Assembly (NCBI GenBank): GCA_965200955.1
Contig: OZ241742.1
Span: forward strand, 2,311,072 to 2,375,071
Direction: 5' to 3'
Length of the DNA: 64,000 bases
Origin: Rhodothermales bacterium
GTDB lineage: Bacteria > Bacteroidota > Rhodothermia > Rhodothermales > Bin80
The translations under genes and the position numbers were made by a program. Of this stretch, positions 38,069 through 47,158 are shown one piece after another (position 1 is the stretch's first letter; each line of letters begins with the position of its first letter). The notes beneath the pieces are model-generated. The model saw nothing but the letters and a program-made list of their open reading frames with translations, had not been told where the DNA came from and ran no database searches.

Positions 38069-39227
38069 TCCACAGAATCAGGTAATCCAGAGAAACGATC
38101 GTTCCCAGGATCATAGCAAGAAGGGGGAGGGCAATCCATTGATCAAAGATAACCAGCCCACCAATCGATCCAAGTGCTCCTCCCAAATACTTAATGTAAA
38201 TCAGTTGATGACTGGAAGTACTCTTGATTAGATTTTCAAAGCGTCGGTCATCAAATCCGCGTAAATTTTTGGAAACCATGTCATAAATATCAAGGGTACT
38301 CACAAAGGACATGATCGCCTTGGTCAGCCATAACTCAATATCATCAGAGCGTTTTGCAATCTGGGTAGGGAGGGTATGAAAGTTGCGGGTCAGTTCATCC
38401 ACCACAAAATCAACCGTTGTTGGCAAGTCGTCAATGGCCTCTTCTATCTGCCGGCGGAGTCCATCACGATTGAACATCTGGTAGGCCTTCATGGCGACAC
38501 CTGCCAATCCTCGACTGGCAGCAGAATCAATCATGTCCATTGCGACAGAGATAAATTTCTCCTTGAGCTCTCGGCTGGCAAGTTTTTCCGTCAGGAAATC
38601 TCGGATCAGGGACTTGATTTCGGTCTGAAAATTTTCATCTAGCAGGAGATTTTCTGTCACCTGTAAAGCCATCTCTCTATATTTTGGAACGACCCCGCTG
38701 ACGCGAATTCGGTCAAGAATGACTTCTTCACTAATGAGATCTTTACTAATCGCCAGGGCAATGAGGTCAGCAACTCGATCACGGGATCCTGGAATGATTC
38801 CATGTCCTAGCAGTGGGCGGGGCTGACGAGGATGGAAGAGCATGGTAATGGCCAACCAATTGGTAAAAAACCCAATGAGTCCTGCCGCTGATACAGTGAC
38901 AATAAGCCCTTCTAGTTCAAGGATCCGATTAAATTCGGGTAGCCCGAATGCAGAGTAACGAATCAGTGCAAAGGCTTGCTCACCATGTGAATAGACGTAG
39001 GTGCCAGTGGAGTCCAGAAAAAGACTAATGTGATCAAAATCCCAGAAAAATGAAACGATAAACAGAGCAAACATGCTCCACGGAATGATGCGAAGCAGTT
39101 TCAATCCAAGCCTCAGTTTATGCTCGCTGGCACGGCTGGCAATCGGCACTGAATCGGATTCATCATCAGGCTGCCATGAACGGCTCAGATGATGACTCAC
39201 AATCTTTCTGAGGCGATTCTCAGACAT
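38028..39227 (-). CDS. DUF445 family membrane protein
   Basis: GFFTNWLAITMLFHPRQP..GIIPGSRDRVADL and a C-terminal YIKYLGGALGSIGG pattern typical of DUF445 (YjiN-like). Confidence 0.75.
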   Translation of the reverse strand: MSENRLRKIVSHHLSRSWQPDDESDSVPIASRASEHKLRLGLKLLRIIPWSMFALFIVSFFWDFDHISLFLDSTGTYVYSHGEQAFALIRYSAFGLPEFNRILELEGLIVTVSAAGLIGFFTNWLAITMLFHPRQPRPLLGHGIIPGSRDRVADLIALAISKDLISEEVILDRIRVSGVVPKYREMALQVTENLLLDENFQTEIKSLIRDFLTEKLASRELKEKFISVAMDMIDSAASRGLAGVAMKAYQMFNRDGLRRQIEEAIDDLPTTVDFVVDELTRNFHTLPTQIAKRSDDIELWLTKAIMSFVSTLDIYDMVSKNLRGFDDRRFENLIKSTSSHQLIYIKYLGGALGSIGGLVIFDQWIALPLLAMILGTIVSLDYLILWIMKRRQGAKMASQ

Positions 39228-39247
39228 CAGACAAACGATACTGTCGT

Positions 39248-39811
39248 CTACTGGGGAGCAGAGAGTCCAAGGCGCTCTGCCTGTTGGGTCATTGCGGCAA
39301 TAACATTGGAGATATGCTGCGATAGATCAATACCCATTTCCTGAGCCCCCTGATGAATGTCATCACGGCTCACTGCGGCAGCAAAACGCTTGTCCTTTAA
39401 TTTTTTACGTACGCTTTTTGGTGTCAGCCCAATCAACCGTGTCGGTCGCACATAGGACACTGCTGTAATGAATCCTGCAAGTTCATCAACGGCAAAAAGT
39501 GTTTTTGACAGGAGTGTTTTGCGGGGTGTATTTGTGTAGTGTGCATGACCGAGAATGGCATCAAGGATGGATTCAGGATATCCGAGTTCTCTCAGGACAT
39601 TTACTCCGACATAGGGATGCTCTGAGGCAGTAGGATGCCGTTCATAGTCCATGTCATGGAGCAGACCAGTGATTTTCCACAGATTGATATCTTCATCAAA
39701 GATCACAGCATAATGCTCCATCGCTAACTCCACAGCATAGCCATGACGGCGAAGGCTGTCGGACTTCGTCCATTGATGAAAAAGTGCGAGGGATTCTTCG
39801 TAGGTGGGCAT
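39248..39811 (-). CDS. HD-domain phosphohydrolase
   Basis: Start at ATG 39811 (MPTYEESLALF), 1 nt after the mlaD stop. HD motif GLLHDMDYERHP, then ILGHAHYT. Confidence 0.8.
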   Translation of the reverse strand: MPTYEESLALFHQWTKSDSLRRHGYAVELAMEHYAVIFDEDINLWKITGLLHDMDYERHPTASEHPYVGVNVLRELGYPESILDAILGHAHYTNTPRKTLLSKTLFAVDELAGFITAVSYVRPTRLIGLTPKSVRKKLKDKRFAAAVSRDDIHQGAQEMGIDLSQHISNVIAAMTQQAERLGLSAPQ

Positions 39812-39812
39812 C

Positions 39813-40730
39813 TTAAAAGACATCAACCAAGCGTAGATGCTCAAGGTACTTTTTTGGATTCTCCTCAAAATCTTCAAGGATTTTCTTGAGCGCCGACGTT
39901 GTGCCAAGCAGCTCAACATAGAGAGAGTCATCCTGAGCAAGCTTTCCAAGCGTCCCCTGGCCACTGTTGATAGAAGTGAGCAGTGCATTTAATTCCATCA
40001 TTGAGGATTCTAGGATCATTAGATTCGTGGATAATTGTCTCATGACCAGTTTTACATCCGTAGTGACACTGCCTAGTGAATCTCCTGCAAACGTTTCAAG
40101 CGTCTCGGATAGATTCTCAATTTCTTCCAGTGCAGACTGCAACCCCCCCTGATCAGCTAGAAGAACAGATTCAAGCGCCCTAGCCGATGCTTCTATGGAT
40201 GCGAGCGTTTGTTTCATTTGACCTTCAGGATTTGTGAGGAGTTCGGTGGCGGCATCGATAGCAGAATTGGATCCAGACAGGAAGGTATCTACTTGATCAA
40301 TAACTCCTGGGGCACGATCGGCAAGATCACTCAATATATCAGAGTCGGTGGATGCAGGAATCAAAGATCCAGGAGGATAAACTGGAGCATCTGGGGGACC
40401 AAGTACAAGATTGAGTTGGACACTACTAACAATACCGAACCCACCAGAGGATGCCGTCGATCCTTCTGTCAGCACAACATCATCGTGGACGGAAAACGTC
40501 ACTTGAGCACCTGTTGAAATTAATCTTACACCTGTAACAGATCCAACAGCAACTCCATTGACGGCAACAACATTCCCCGTCACCAGTCCTTTCGAGTTGG
40601 GCAGTTCCGCATGGTAGATGGTCGCCTGCCCCCAAATGGGCAGATCTCTAAAATAGCGAATCCCTGCGTAAAACACTATAGTAGCAAGGATGACTGCCAA
40701 TCCAATTTTTACTTCATTACGAATGTTCAC
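39813..40730 (-). CDS. mlaD: MlaD/MCE-domain protein
   Basis: N-terminal TM VKIGLAVILATIVFYAGIRYF, MCE core GLVTGNVVAVNGVAVGSVTGV, and a long helical C-terminus. It lies downstream of mlaF. Confidence 0.85.
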   Translation of the reverse strand: MNIRNEVKIGLAVILATIVFYAGIRYFRDLPIWGQATIYHAELPNSKGLVTGNVVAVNGVAVGSVTGVRLISTGAQVTFSVHDDVVLTEGSTASSGGFGIVSSVQLNLVLGPPDAPVYPPGSLIPASTDSDILSDLADRAPGVIDQVDTFLSGSNSAIDAATELLTNPEGQMKQTLASIEASARALESVLLADQGGLQSALEEIENLSETLETFAGDSLGSVTTDVKLVMRQLSTNLMILESSMMELNALLTSINSGQGTLGKLAQDDSLYVELLGTTSALKKILEDFEENPKKYLEHLRLVDVF

Positions 40731-40743
40731 TTAACTATTGTCT

Positions 40744-41496
40744 TTATGATGAAGATGAGGGACCAATTCTATACTCGTTGGCCGTGATGAATGAACGCAG
40801 AATCTCATCGTCACTATCTTGTAATTCATCCACTGAACCATTCCAATGCATACGAGAATTATGGATAAAGGCTACATGATCCGCAATGGACAAGACGGAA
40901 TGCATATCATGGGTGATGACGACACTGGTAATATCCAGACGATCAGCCAGCCCCTTAATGAGTTGGTTAATCGCGTTGGATGTTTCGGGGTCTAAGCCGC
41001 TAGTCGGTTCGTCATAGAGAATATAGCGGGGGCGCAGTGCAATGGCACGTGCAAGAGCAACCCGTTTTCGCATTCCTCCTGAAAGCTCATCAGGATTTTT
41101 TAATCCAATATTGGAAAGTTGAACAAGATCAAGGCACTTCTGCACTTCAAGTTGAATTTCTTGATCTGTTTTACGGGTGAAGGTGCGAAGTGGGAATGCC
41201 ACATTGTCAAAGGCACTCATGGAATCAAACAATGCTCCTCCCTGAAACAGGACTCCGAATTGTTGGCGAACTTCGCGGAGTTCGGAATAGTTGATTTGTC
41301 CAATATCTACTTGATTCACTAAAATTCTTCCACGATCTGGCCGGAGTAGTCCGATCAGGTGTTTCATGAGCACGCTTTTCCCCGAACCACTTTGACCAAT
41401 GATCGCTTGAGTGCATCCTTCGGAAATTTCAAGTGAAACATCATGGAGTACGGTACGCCCAGAAAAGGATTTGTACACATGTTCAATTTGGATCAT
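40744..41496 (-). CDS. mlaF: ABC transporter ATP-binding protein MlaF
   Basis: Walker A IIGQSGSGKSVLMKHL, signature LSGGMRKRVALARA, Walker B ILYDEPTSGLDP. The start is set at MIQIEHVYKSF. Confidence 0.9.
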   Translation of the reverse strand: MIQIEHVYKSFSGRTVLHDVSLEISEGCTQAIIGQSGSGKSVLMKHLIGLLRPDRGRILVNQVDIGQINYSELREVRQQFGVLFQGGALFDSMSAFDNVAFPLRTFTRKTDQEIQLEVQKCLDLVQLSNIGLKNPDELSGGMRKRVALARAIALRPRYILYDEPTSGLDPETSNAINQLIKGLADRLDITSVVITHDMHSVLSIADHVAFIHNSRMHWNGSVDELQDSDDEILRSFITANEYRIGPSSSS

Positions 41497-41533
41497 AGAT
41501 CGTAAAAAGTGGAAGCGAACAAGAGATTGGAGG

Positions 41534-42295
41534 CTATAACAGGAGGACAGCAAGAACGAGATCAGCAATCAAAATCAATACGCAACTCATCACTGCTGCT
41601 CTGGTGGTGCTTCGTCCAACCCCGTCGGCTCCACCATGGGTATAATAGCCAATATAGCACGAAACAGCCGTGATTAAAAACCCGAAGACAAAGGCTTTAA
41701 TAAGCCCAAAGTAAGGTCCAAAGTTGTCAAAATGCTCACGAGCCCCTTGAAGAAACTCCCCCGCAGTTACAACGCCCGTTAATTCTGCAGCAAGAATACC
41801 TCCGAAGGTGCCAACCAGACATGCCGTAATATACAAAACTGGAACCATGACAATGCCCGCCAACACACGGGGTACGATCAGAAAGCCTACAGAATTAAGT
41901 CCCATCGCTTCAATAGCATCAATCTGTTCGGATACTCTCATGGTACCCAGTTCGGCAGCAATGCGTGCTCCGACACGTCCAGATAGAATAAAGCCGGTGA
42001 CCACTGCCGCTAGCTCCATCGTCAGTGATGGGACGACGACAGCACCGATAATCTTGGGTGGAATTAAGGGGGAAACCAATTGATAGGCAGTCTGCACCGT
42101 GGTCACTGCACCAGAGAATGCTGCCGCAAGCGAAACGATGGGGATAGAGTCAATTCCAATCCGAATCAGCTCGGTTTGAAAATTCTCACGATACATTTTC
42201 ATCTCACGAAGCGACTTGAATGCCGACGACATGAGAATCGTGAATCGACCGAGGTTGAACAACGGTTGTGACAAACGTAGAACGAGAGGCGACAT
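41534..42295 (-). CDS. mlaE: ABC transporter permease MlaE
   Basis: IRIGIDSIPIVSLAAAFSGAVTTVQ and MRVSEQIDAIEAMG motifs. The start is ATG at 42295; a TTG at 42355 is also open. Confidence 0.88.
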   Translation of the reverse strand: MSPLVLRLSQPLFNLGRFTILMSSAFKSLREMKMYRENFQTELIRIGIDSIPIVSLAAAFSGAVTTVQTAYQLVSPLIPPKIIGAVVVPSLTMELAAVVTGFILSGRVGARIAAELGTMRVSEQIDAIEAMGLNSVGFLIVPRVLAGIVMVPVLYITACLVGTFGGILAAELTGVVTAGEFLQGAREHFDNFGPYFGLIKAFVFGFLITAVSCYIGYYTHGGADGVGRSTTRAAVMSCVLILIADLVLAVLLL

Positions 42296-42391
42296 TAAAG
42301 AATAAGTATCTGCTAAGTTAATCACTTTTGAGCATACTTGTTTCGTATCTGACAAGAAAAAACGTATATTCTGTACTGAATCGTATCAACA

Positions 42392-43735
42392 ATGGCAAAA
42401 ACAAAAACGCGATACTGCTGTCAGGAATGTGGCTACTCCTCTCCTAAATGGCTGGGAAAATGCCCTGGATGCAACTATTGGGATACCATGGTGGAGGAAA
42501 CGATTGCCGAAAGGAGCTATCCTTCCAATCAAACCGCACTTGCTCAGCCGATTGATGATGTAGAGATCGGTGAAATGCCCCGCATCGTTACTGGTTCGGT
42601 TGAACTGGATCGTTTGATGGGCGGTGGAATCATGCGAGGATCCATCATTCTGGTTGCTGGAGATCCAGGCATTGGCAAGTCTACCATGATGACGGAGTTA
42701 GGACGGTATCTGGATCCGCTAACCATTTTATATGTGACGGGGGAAGAGTCTGCCAGACAGGTCAAACTGCGTGCAAAACGTTTAGGTGCTGCAACTTCCA
42801 ATGTGCTACTCCTTGCAGAAACCAGTATAGACTCCATCCTAAGCGCGATTGAAGATTCCGTTCCAGATGTGATTGTGATTGATTCCATTCAGACGATGTA
42901 TGACCCAGAGGTTTCGAGTGCACCTGGAAGCGTCACACAGATTCGTGAGAGTGCAGCTGCACTCATGCGTCTGACCAAGAAAATGAATGCTGCAACCTTT
43001 TTGGTTGGGCATGTGACCCGATCGGGTTCCATCGCAGGTCCACGCGTCCTTGAGCACTTGGTCGATACCGTTCTCTATTTTGAAGGCGATCGAAATCATG
43101 GCTACAGGATTTTGCGAGCCGTAAAGAATCGGTTTGGATCCACCAATGAAATCGGCGTGTTTGAAATGACCAATAGTGGATTGAAGGAGGTACCCAATCC
43201 CAGTGAGATCTTTCTTTCCGAACGCCAGACGGGGGCTAGTGGATCCAGTGTCATTTGTGCACTGGAGGGAACCCGCTCTTTGCTTATTGAAGTCCAGTCA
43301 TTGGTCACGAGAACTTCTTATGGTACCCCCCAGCGTACATCAACAGGATTTGATCCGAAGCGATTGCAGCTCTTGCTGGCTGTCTTGGAGAAGCGTGAGG
43401 GATTGGAGTTAGGGGGACATGACGTGTTTTTGAATGTTGCTGGCGGGATGCGGGCAGAAGAGCCAGCAGCAGACTTGGGGGTTGCGATAGCGATTGCATC
43501 CTCATTGTACGATATTTCGGCGGAGTCATGTGGTGTCCTTATTGGTGAAGTTGGACTGGGCGGGGAGGTCAGGGGAGTCGGTCGTCTGGAACTGCGTCTT
43601 GGAGAATGTGCGAAGCTCGGATTTCAATCGGCAATCGTTCCAAAGCGAAGTCTTCAAGGATTTGTTTCCCCAAGCGGGATTCAAGTCTTAGGCGTTGAGA
43701 CCGTTAGCGAAGTGCTGGGAATTCTTCTTCCCTGA
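42392..43735 (+). CDS. radA: DNA repair protein RadA
   Basis: Zinc finger YCCQECGYSSPKWLGKCPGCNYW, Walker A LVAGDPGIGKSTMM, the KNRFG motif (KNRFGSTNEIGVFEM), and a Lon-like C-terminus. Confidence 0.95.
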   Translation: MAKTKTRYCCQECGYSSPKWLGKCPGCNYWDTMVEETIAERSYPSNQTALAQPIDDVEIGEMPRIVTGSVELDRLMGGGIMRGSIILVAGDPGIGKSTMMTELGRYLDPLTILYVTGEESARQVKLRAKRLGAATSNVLLLAETSIDSILSAIEDSVPDVIVIDSIQTMYDPEVSSAPGSVTQIRESAAALMRLTKKMNAATFLVGHVTRSGSIAGPRVLEHLVDTVLYFEGDRNHGYRILRAVKNRFGSTNEIGVFEMTNSGLKEVPNPSEIFLSERQTGASGSSVICALEGTRSLLIEVQSLVTRTSYGTPQRTSTGFDPKRLQLLLAVLEKREGLELGGHDVFLNVAGGMRAEEPAADLGVAIAIASSLYDISAESCGVLIGEVGLGGEVRGVGRLELRLGECAKLGFQSAIVPKRSLQGFVSPSGIQVLGVETVSEVLGILLP

Positions 43736-43789
43736 CCGGATGCAATAAACCAGCGGTCTCGTTCGTTTTAATATCAGCGAATCATTGAT

Positions 43790-44425
43790 ATGCGACCATC
43801 TCTGCCTGACGATCAATTACTGACTGCGTATGCAGAACGGGGAGATCAATTTGCGTTTCAGCAATTGGTGAACCGTCACAAGGATCGCGTGTATGGATTT
43901 ATTTTAGGGATGGTCCATGATGCTGAACTGGCCAATGATTTATTTCAGGATACCTTTTTAAAAGTCATTGACGTGATGCACCGGCGTCGGGGTAGTTATA
44001 CATCACAAGGGAAATTTCTAGGCTGGATCTTGATGATTGCCCGAAACGTAGTCTATGATCACCATCGCAGTCGGAAGAAATGGAAGGATGTTGCCAGTGA
44101 GAATGAGGATTACTGGGATCATCTTCCAGACGATGGACTTCCTCCCGATGATTCCCTGTATTACCGGGAACGAAGTCAGTGGCTGAATGCATGCATCCAG
44201 TCTCTTCCCCCTGCCCAAAGAGAAGTAGTGCTTCTTCGCCAGGATGCCGATTTAACGTTTCGAGAAATCTCCGAAATCACGGGGGTTTCCATTAATACAG
44301 CACTGGGAAGGATGCGGTATGCTCTCATCAATCTGAAGAGGATGATGGATCAGCAGTCTCAACGATATGCCCCTGTATCCGATCACCCCGAACGTCAACC
44401 CATTTCCAAGAGTACACATGTCTGA
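43790..44425 (+). CDS. ECF-type RNA polymerase sigma-70 factor
   Basis: Region 2 AFQQLVNRHKDRVYGFILGMV..DLFQDTF and the region 4 HTH REISEITGVSINTALGRMRYAL. Confidence 0.9.
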   Translation: MRPSLPDDQLLTAYAERGDQFAFQQLVNRHKDRVYGFILGMVHDAELANDLFQDTFLKVIDVMHRRRGSYTSQGKFLGWILMIARNVVYDHHRSRKKWKDVASENEDYWDHLPDDGLPPDDSLYYRERSQWLNACIQSLPPAQREVVLLRQDADLTFREISEITGVSINTALGRMRYALINLKRMMDQQSQRYAPVSDHPERQPISKSTHV

Positions 44426-44990
44426 AAAACCCAGGACACCGTTTGACTCCAAACTTCTTCTGCTCCAATACCTTTATCATGAGAAAATCAATCCAGAGGG
44501 GTTGTACGAGATTCTCAAGGATCCTATGATGCTCAAAGAATATGAGGCTTTGAAGCTTGTGAAGAACCAATTAGGTAGCAGCTGCTCCCATCGGGAGGCA
44601 TCTCCCCCAGATGACGTTGTAGATCACATCTTGACGAAGGCTCGTCAGAAAGGTGCATATCATCGAGGAAGATCATTTATTTCTGCTACACGTCTTTCTG
44701 TGATCGGAAGCATTGGGGCAGCAGTTGCCTGTGCTCTCATTTTTTTCTGGATTCCCAATGAGGACAGTGATGAAAGTCCTCCAGAACAGACACAGGCCAT
44801 TGAGAATTTGGAGTTACAATGGGATGATACTCAGGACCGGATTGAGATACAGCAAGCTCTTAGAGTCGTTCGTCAACGGACGAGTCCTGAATTATGGGAT
44901 GAATCTGATGTCATGAAATTGGACTCACTTTCTGATCTATCCAATACGACTCCACTAGGGGTTGAAGTTACTAGTTCTACATCTCAATAA
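44418..44990 (+). CDS. Putative anti-sigma factor (single-pass membrane protein)
   Basis: Its ATG overlaps the sigma-factor stop (ATGTCTGA). It has one TM (LSVIGSIGAAVACALIFFWI) and no zf-HC2 motif. The call is positional. Confidence 0.5.
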   Translation: MSEKPRTPFDSKLLLLQYLYHEKINPEGLYEILKDPMMLKEYEALKLVKNQLGSSCSHREASPPDDVVDHILTKARQKGAYHRGRSFISATRLSVIGSIGAAVACALIFFWIPNEDSDESPPEQTQAIENLELQWDDTQDRIEIQQALRVVRQRTSPELWDESDVMKLDSLSDLSNTTPLGVEVTSSTSQ

Positions 44991-45005
44991 TTATCTGAGC
45001 AGCTC

Positions 45006-45845
45006 ATGTTTAGAAAACGTATTTGTTGTTATTCGTGGATTGTCTTTCTGATTGCATTGACAGGGATCAATGTGCAAGCACAATCAATCCGTTTTGAAAG
45101 TAGTGAAGGGGAGTTGAAGGTCAATGGTAAGGCGATCGTTGTGGATGACCAGATCCAAGATCTAACCCTTGATCAATCTGATTTTAGTTTACAGATGATC
45201 GGGAACTTCCCAATGCTTGTGGATATCAATGGAGTGCTGTATGAAGTATGGGACGATCGCATCGTCAAGGCAACACGGATCGCAGATCCACATTATCGAC
45301 TGCTTCTTGAAGATGACGGTACCTTCATTGCTGTAGAGTCTTCGGTATCTGGGGATCTTGATGACATCGCTAATCGTTTCTCGGAGTCATTTGAAGATCT
45401 ATTATCCACGACAGCTAAGTCTGGACTTTGGGAATCCTTAATGAATCAGGCTTCTCAGATGTCATCCAATGTTGTGTCTCTCACCAGCGAAGCTGCCAAT
45501 TTGCTAGAATTTTCTAATTACTTGACGAATGTTCGCGATGGAAGCAGTGAGTTATTTGAGCTTTTGAGGAACGAATGGAAAGCGGAGATTGAGGCTATGA
45601 AGATGGCCGCTTCTATTCAGAGGCTTGAGCCAGGAACGGAGAGAGACGAAGCCATTGAAGAGCTAAGGAAAAAACTTGAAGTGATTTTTTTGATGAAACA
45701 AGAGAATCGAAAGATTGAAATCAAGCATCTTGAAATGGAGGTTGATCGATTGCAGCAAAGACTAATGGAAAGATCTGAGGCTAAGGATCGTCTAATTGAT
45801 GCGAGGTTGAATGAGTTGTTGGCAATGACTCATTCAATATATTGA
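45006..45845 (+). CDS. Secreted hypothetical protein with C-terminal coiled coil
   Basis: Signal peptide CYSWIVFLIALTGINVQAQ. The C-terminal helical region is paralogous to that of the next gene. Confidence 0.6.
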   Translation: MFRKRICCYSWIVFLIALTGINVQAQSIRFESSEGELKVNGKAIVVDDQIQDLTLDQSDFSLQMIGNFPMLVDINGVLYEVWDDRIVKATRIADPHYRLLLEDDGTFIAVESSVSGDLDDIANRFSESFEDLLSTTAKSGLWESLMNQASQMSSNVVSLTSEAANLLEFSNYLTNVRDGSSELFELLRNEWKAEIEAMKMAASIQRLEPGTERDEAIEELRKKLEVIFLMKQENRKIEIKHLEMEVDRLQQRLMERSEAKDRLIDARLNELLAMTHSIY

Positions 45846-45865
45846 TTATTCTAAACATTTTAGTC

Positions 45866-46777
45866 ATGAAACAAGTTTTTTCATTCTTCAAGCTCACGCT
45901 CATTATCCTGATCTGTACTGTTTACCGAGTTGATGCTCAACCCGACTCACAAAACAGAGTACATGATGTAGAGATCAATACTCAAGGTGACACCTTGGTT
46001 GTCATCTACCACGATGGCACAGAGTCAGACAGTACTCATAGGAGACTACGTATTGAGCGAGAGATCACGATTGATGCTGATGGGGATACAACCATTGTGA
46101 CCGATTTGGTGAGCCCCCCGCGAATGAGAGGTCGCCGACATAAGGCAGGACCGGGGCGGTATGTTAATCATAAACGTATTCGTCTCCGACATCCATCGGA
46201 CCATTCTATTTCCTCAGATGATGTGGAGATCAATTCTCAGGGTGACACTTTGATGATCATCCATCATGGCGATGGAGAGTTCATCATGCCGAAGAGAAGA
46301 ATGCAGATAGAGCGAGAGCTCAGGATTGATTCCGATGGTGATACCACCATGGTCACTGAATTGGTGAGACCTTCACGAATGAGAGGTCGTAGGCATCATC
46401 AAAGGTATCGTAGACACAGGGGATCTTCTCATCAACATGGTCATCCCAGATTTCGGCATCAAATACATCACTCAGATCATCATCCATCTGAAGATGAGAT
46501 CACGCTTCAGCAGATGGAAAAGAAAGCACGGGAGTTAGCCAGTGAGGTACGTGGTGCTGATGAAGATTCCTATGCAGAAAAGCGGGAGGCACTTCGGGTA
46601 CAACTTCACAAAATATTTGATTTTAAGCATGAGATTAAATCCAAGCAATTGACTCGACAACGACTGGAACTGGACACTCAGACTCAATCTATGGAAGAGC
46701 GACATAACAACCGAGAAATCATCATTGAAGATCGTATGAATCAGATCCTTGGTAGAGGATCCTCATACCATTGGTAG
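45866..46777 (+). CDS. Secreted hypothetical protein with internal 59-aa duplication, Arg/His-rich linker and C-terminal coiled coil
   Basis: Signal peptide MKQVFSFFKLTLIILICTVYRVDAQ. The repeats are DVEINTQGDTLVVIYHDG..RMRGRRH and DVEINSQGDTLMIIHHGD..RMRGRRH. The His-rich stretch is HHQRYRRHRGSSHQHGHPRFRHQIHHSDHH. Confidence 0.6.
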   Translation: MKQVFSFFKLTLIILICTVYRVDAQPDSQNRVHDVEINTQGDTLVVIYHDGTESDSTHRRLRIEREITIDADGDTTIVTDLVSPPRMRGRRHKAGPGRYVNHKRIRLRHPSDHSISSDDVEINSQGDTLMIIHHGDGEFIMPKRRMQIERELRIDSDGDTTMVTELVRPSRMRGRRHHQRYRRHRGSSHQHGHPRFRHQIHHSDHHPSEDEITLQQMEKKARELASEVRGADEDSYAEKREALRVQLHKIFDFKHEIKSKQLTRQRLELDTQTQSMEERHNNREIIIEDRMNQILGRGSSYHW

Positions 46778-46905
46778 TGTGATAGAACCATAAATATAGT
46801 CTGGGGGGAACTTAACTCAATGAGGAGCTCCGAATGATCGATACAGTGTTTTTCGGGCAATTTAGCAGCTGGGTATCCTTGATAGGATGAGGTTTGGTAA
46901 AGTTC

Positions 46906-47002
46906 GAGGCTTTTGCAAAACCTCAGCGTTTCAGCAGAAATATTACCATAGAGCACCCTTGGTGCATCTTTTAGAATTGGCCGGTAGGTTTTGCAAACGG
47001 CT
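46906..47002 (+). repeat. MITE-like ~95-nt element, copy 4
   Basis: Left end GAGGCTTTTGCAAAACCTC, right end AGGTTTTGCAAACGGC. It is the best-conserved copy and lies in tandem with copy 5. Confidence 0.8.
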
Positions 47003-47048
47003 CGTTCTATATTCAGATAATTTGATGGCTTTTGTTAAAATGAAACCT

Positions 47049-47144
47049 GAGGCTTTTGCAAAACATCAGATTTTCGTAGAAGTATTGCTCTGAAGTACCT
47101 GTGACGTATTTTTTAGAGTTGACAAGGAGGTTTTGCAAAAGGCT
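47049..47144 (+). repeat. MITE-like ~95-nt element, copy 5
   Basis: Left end GAGGCTTTTGCAAAACATC, right end GGAGGTTTTGCAAAAGGC. The reverse complement of the right end reproduces the left end (terminal inverted repeat). Confidence 0.8.
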
Positions 47145-47158
47145 ACTTATACAATTTA

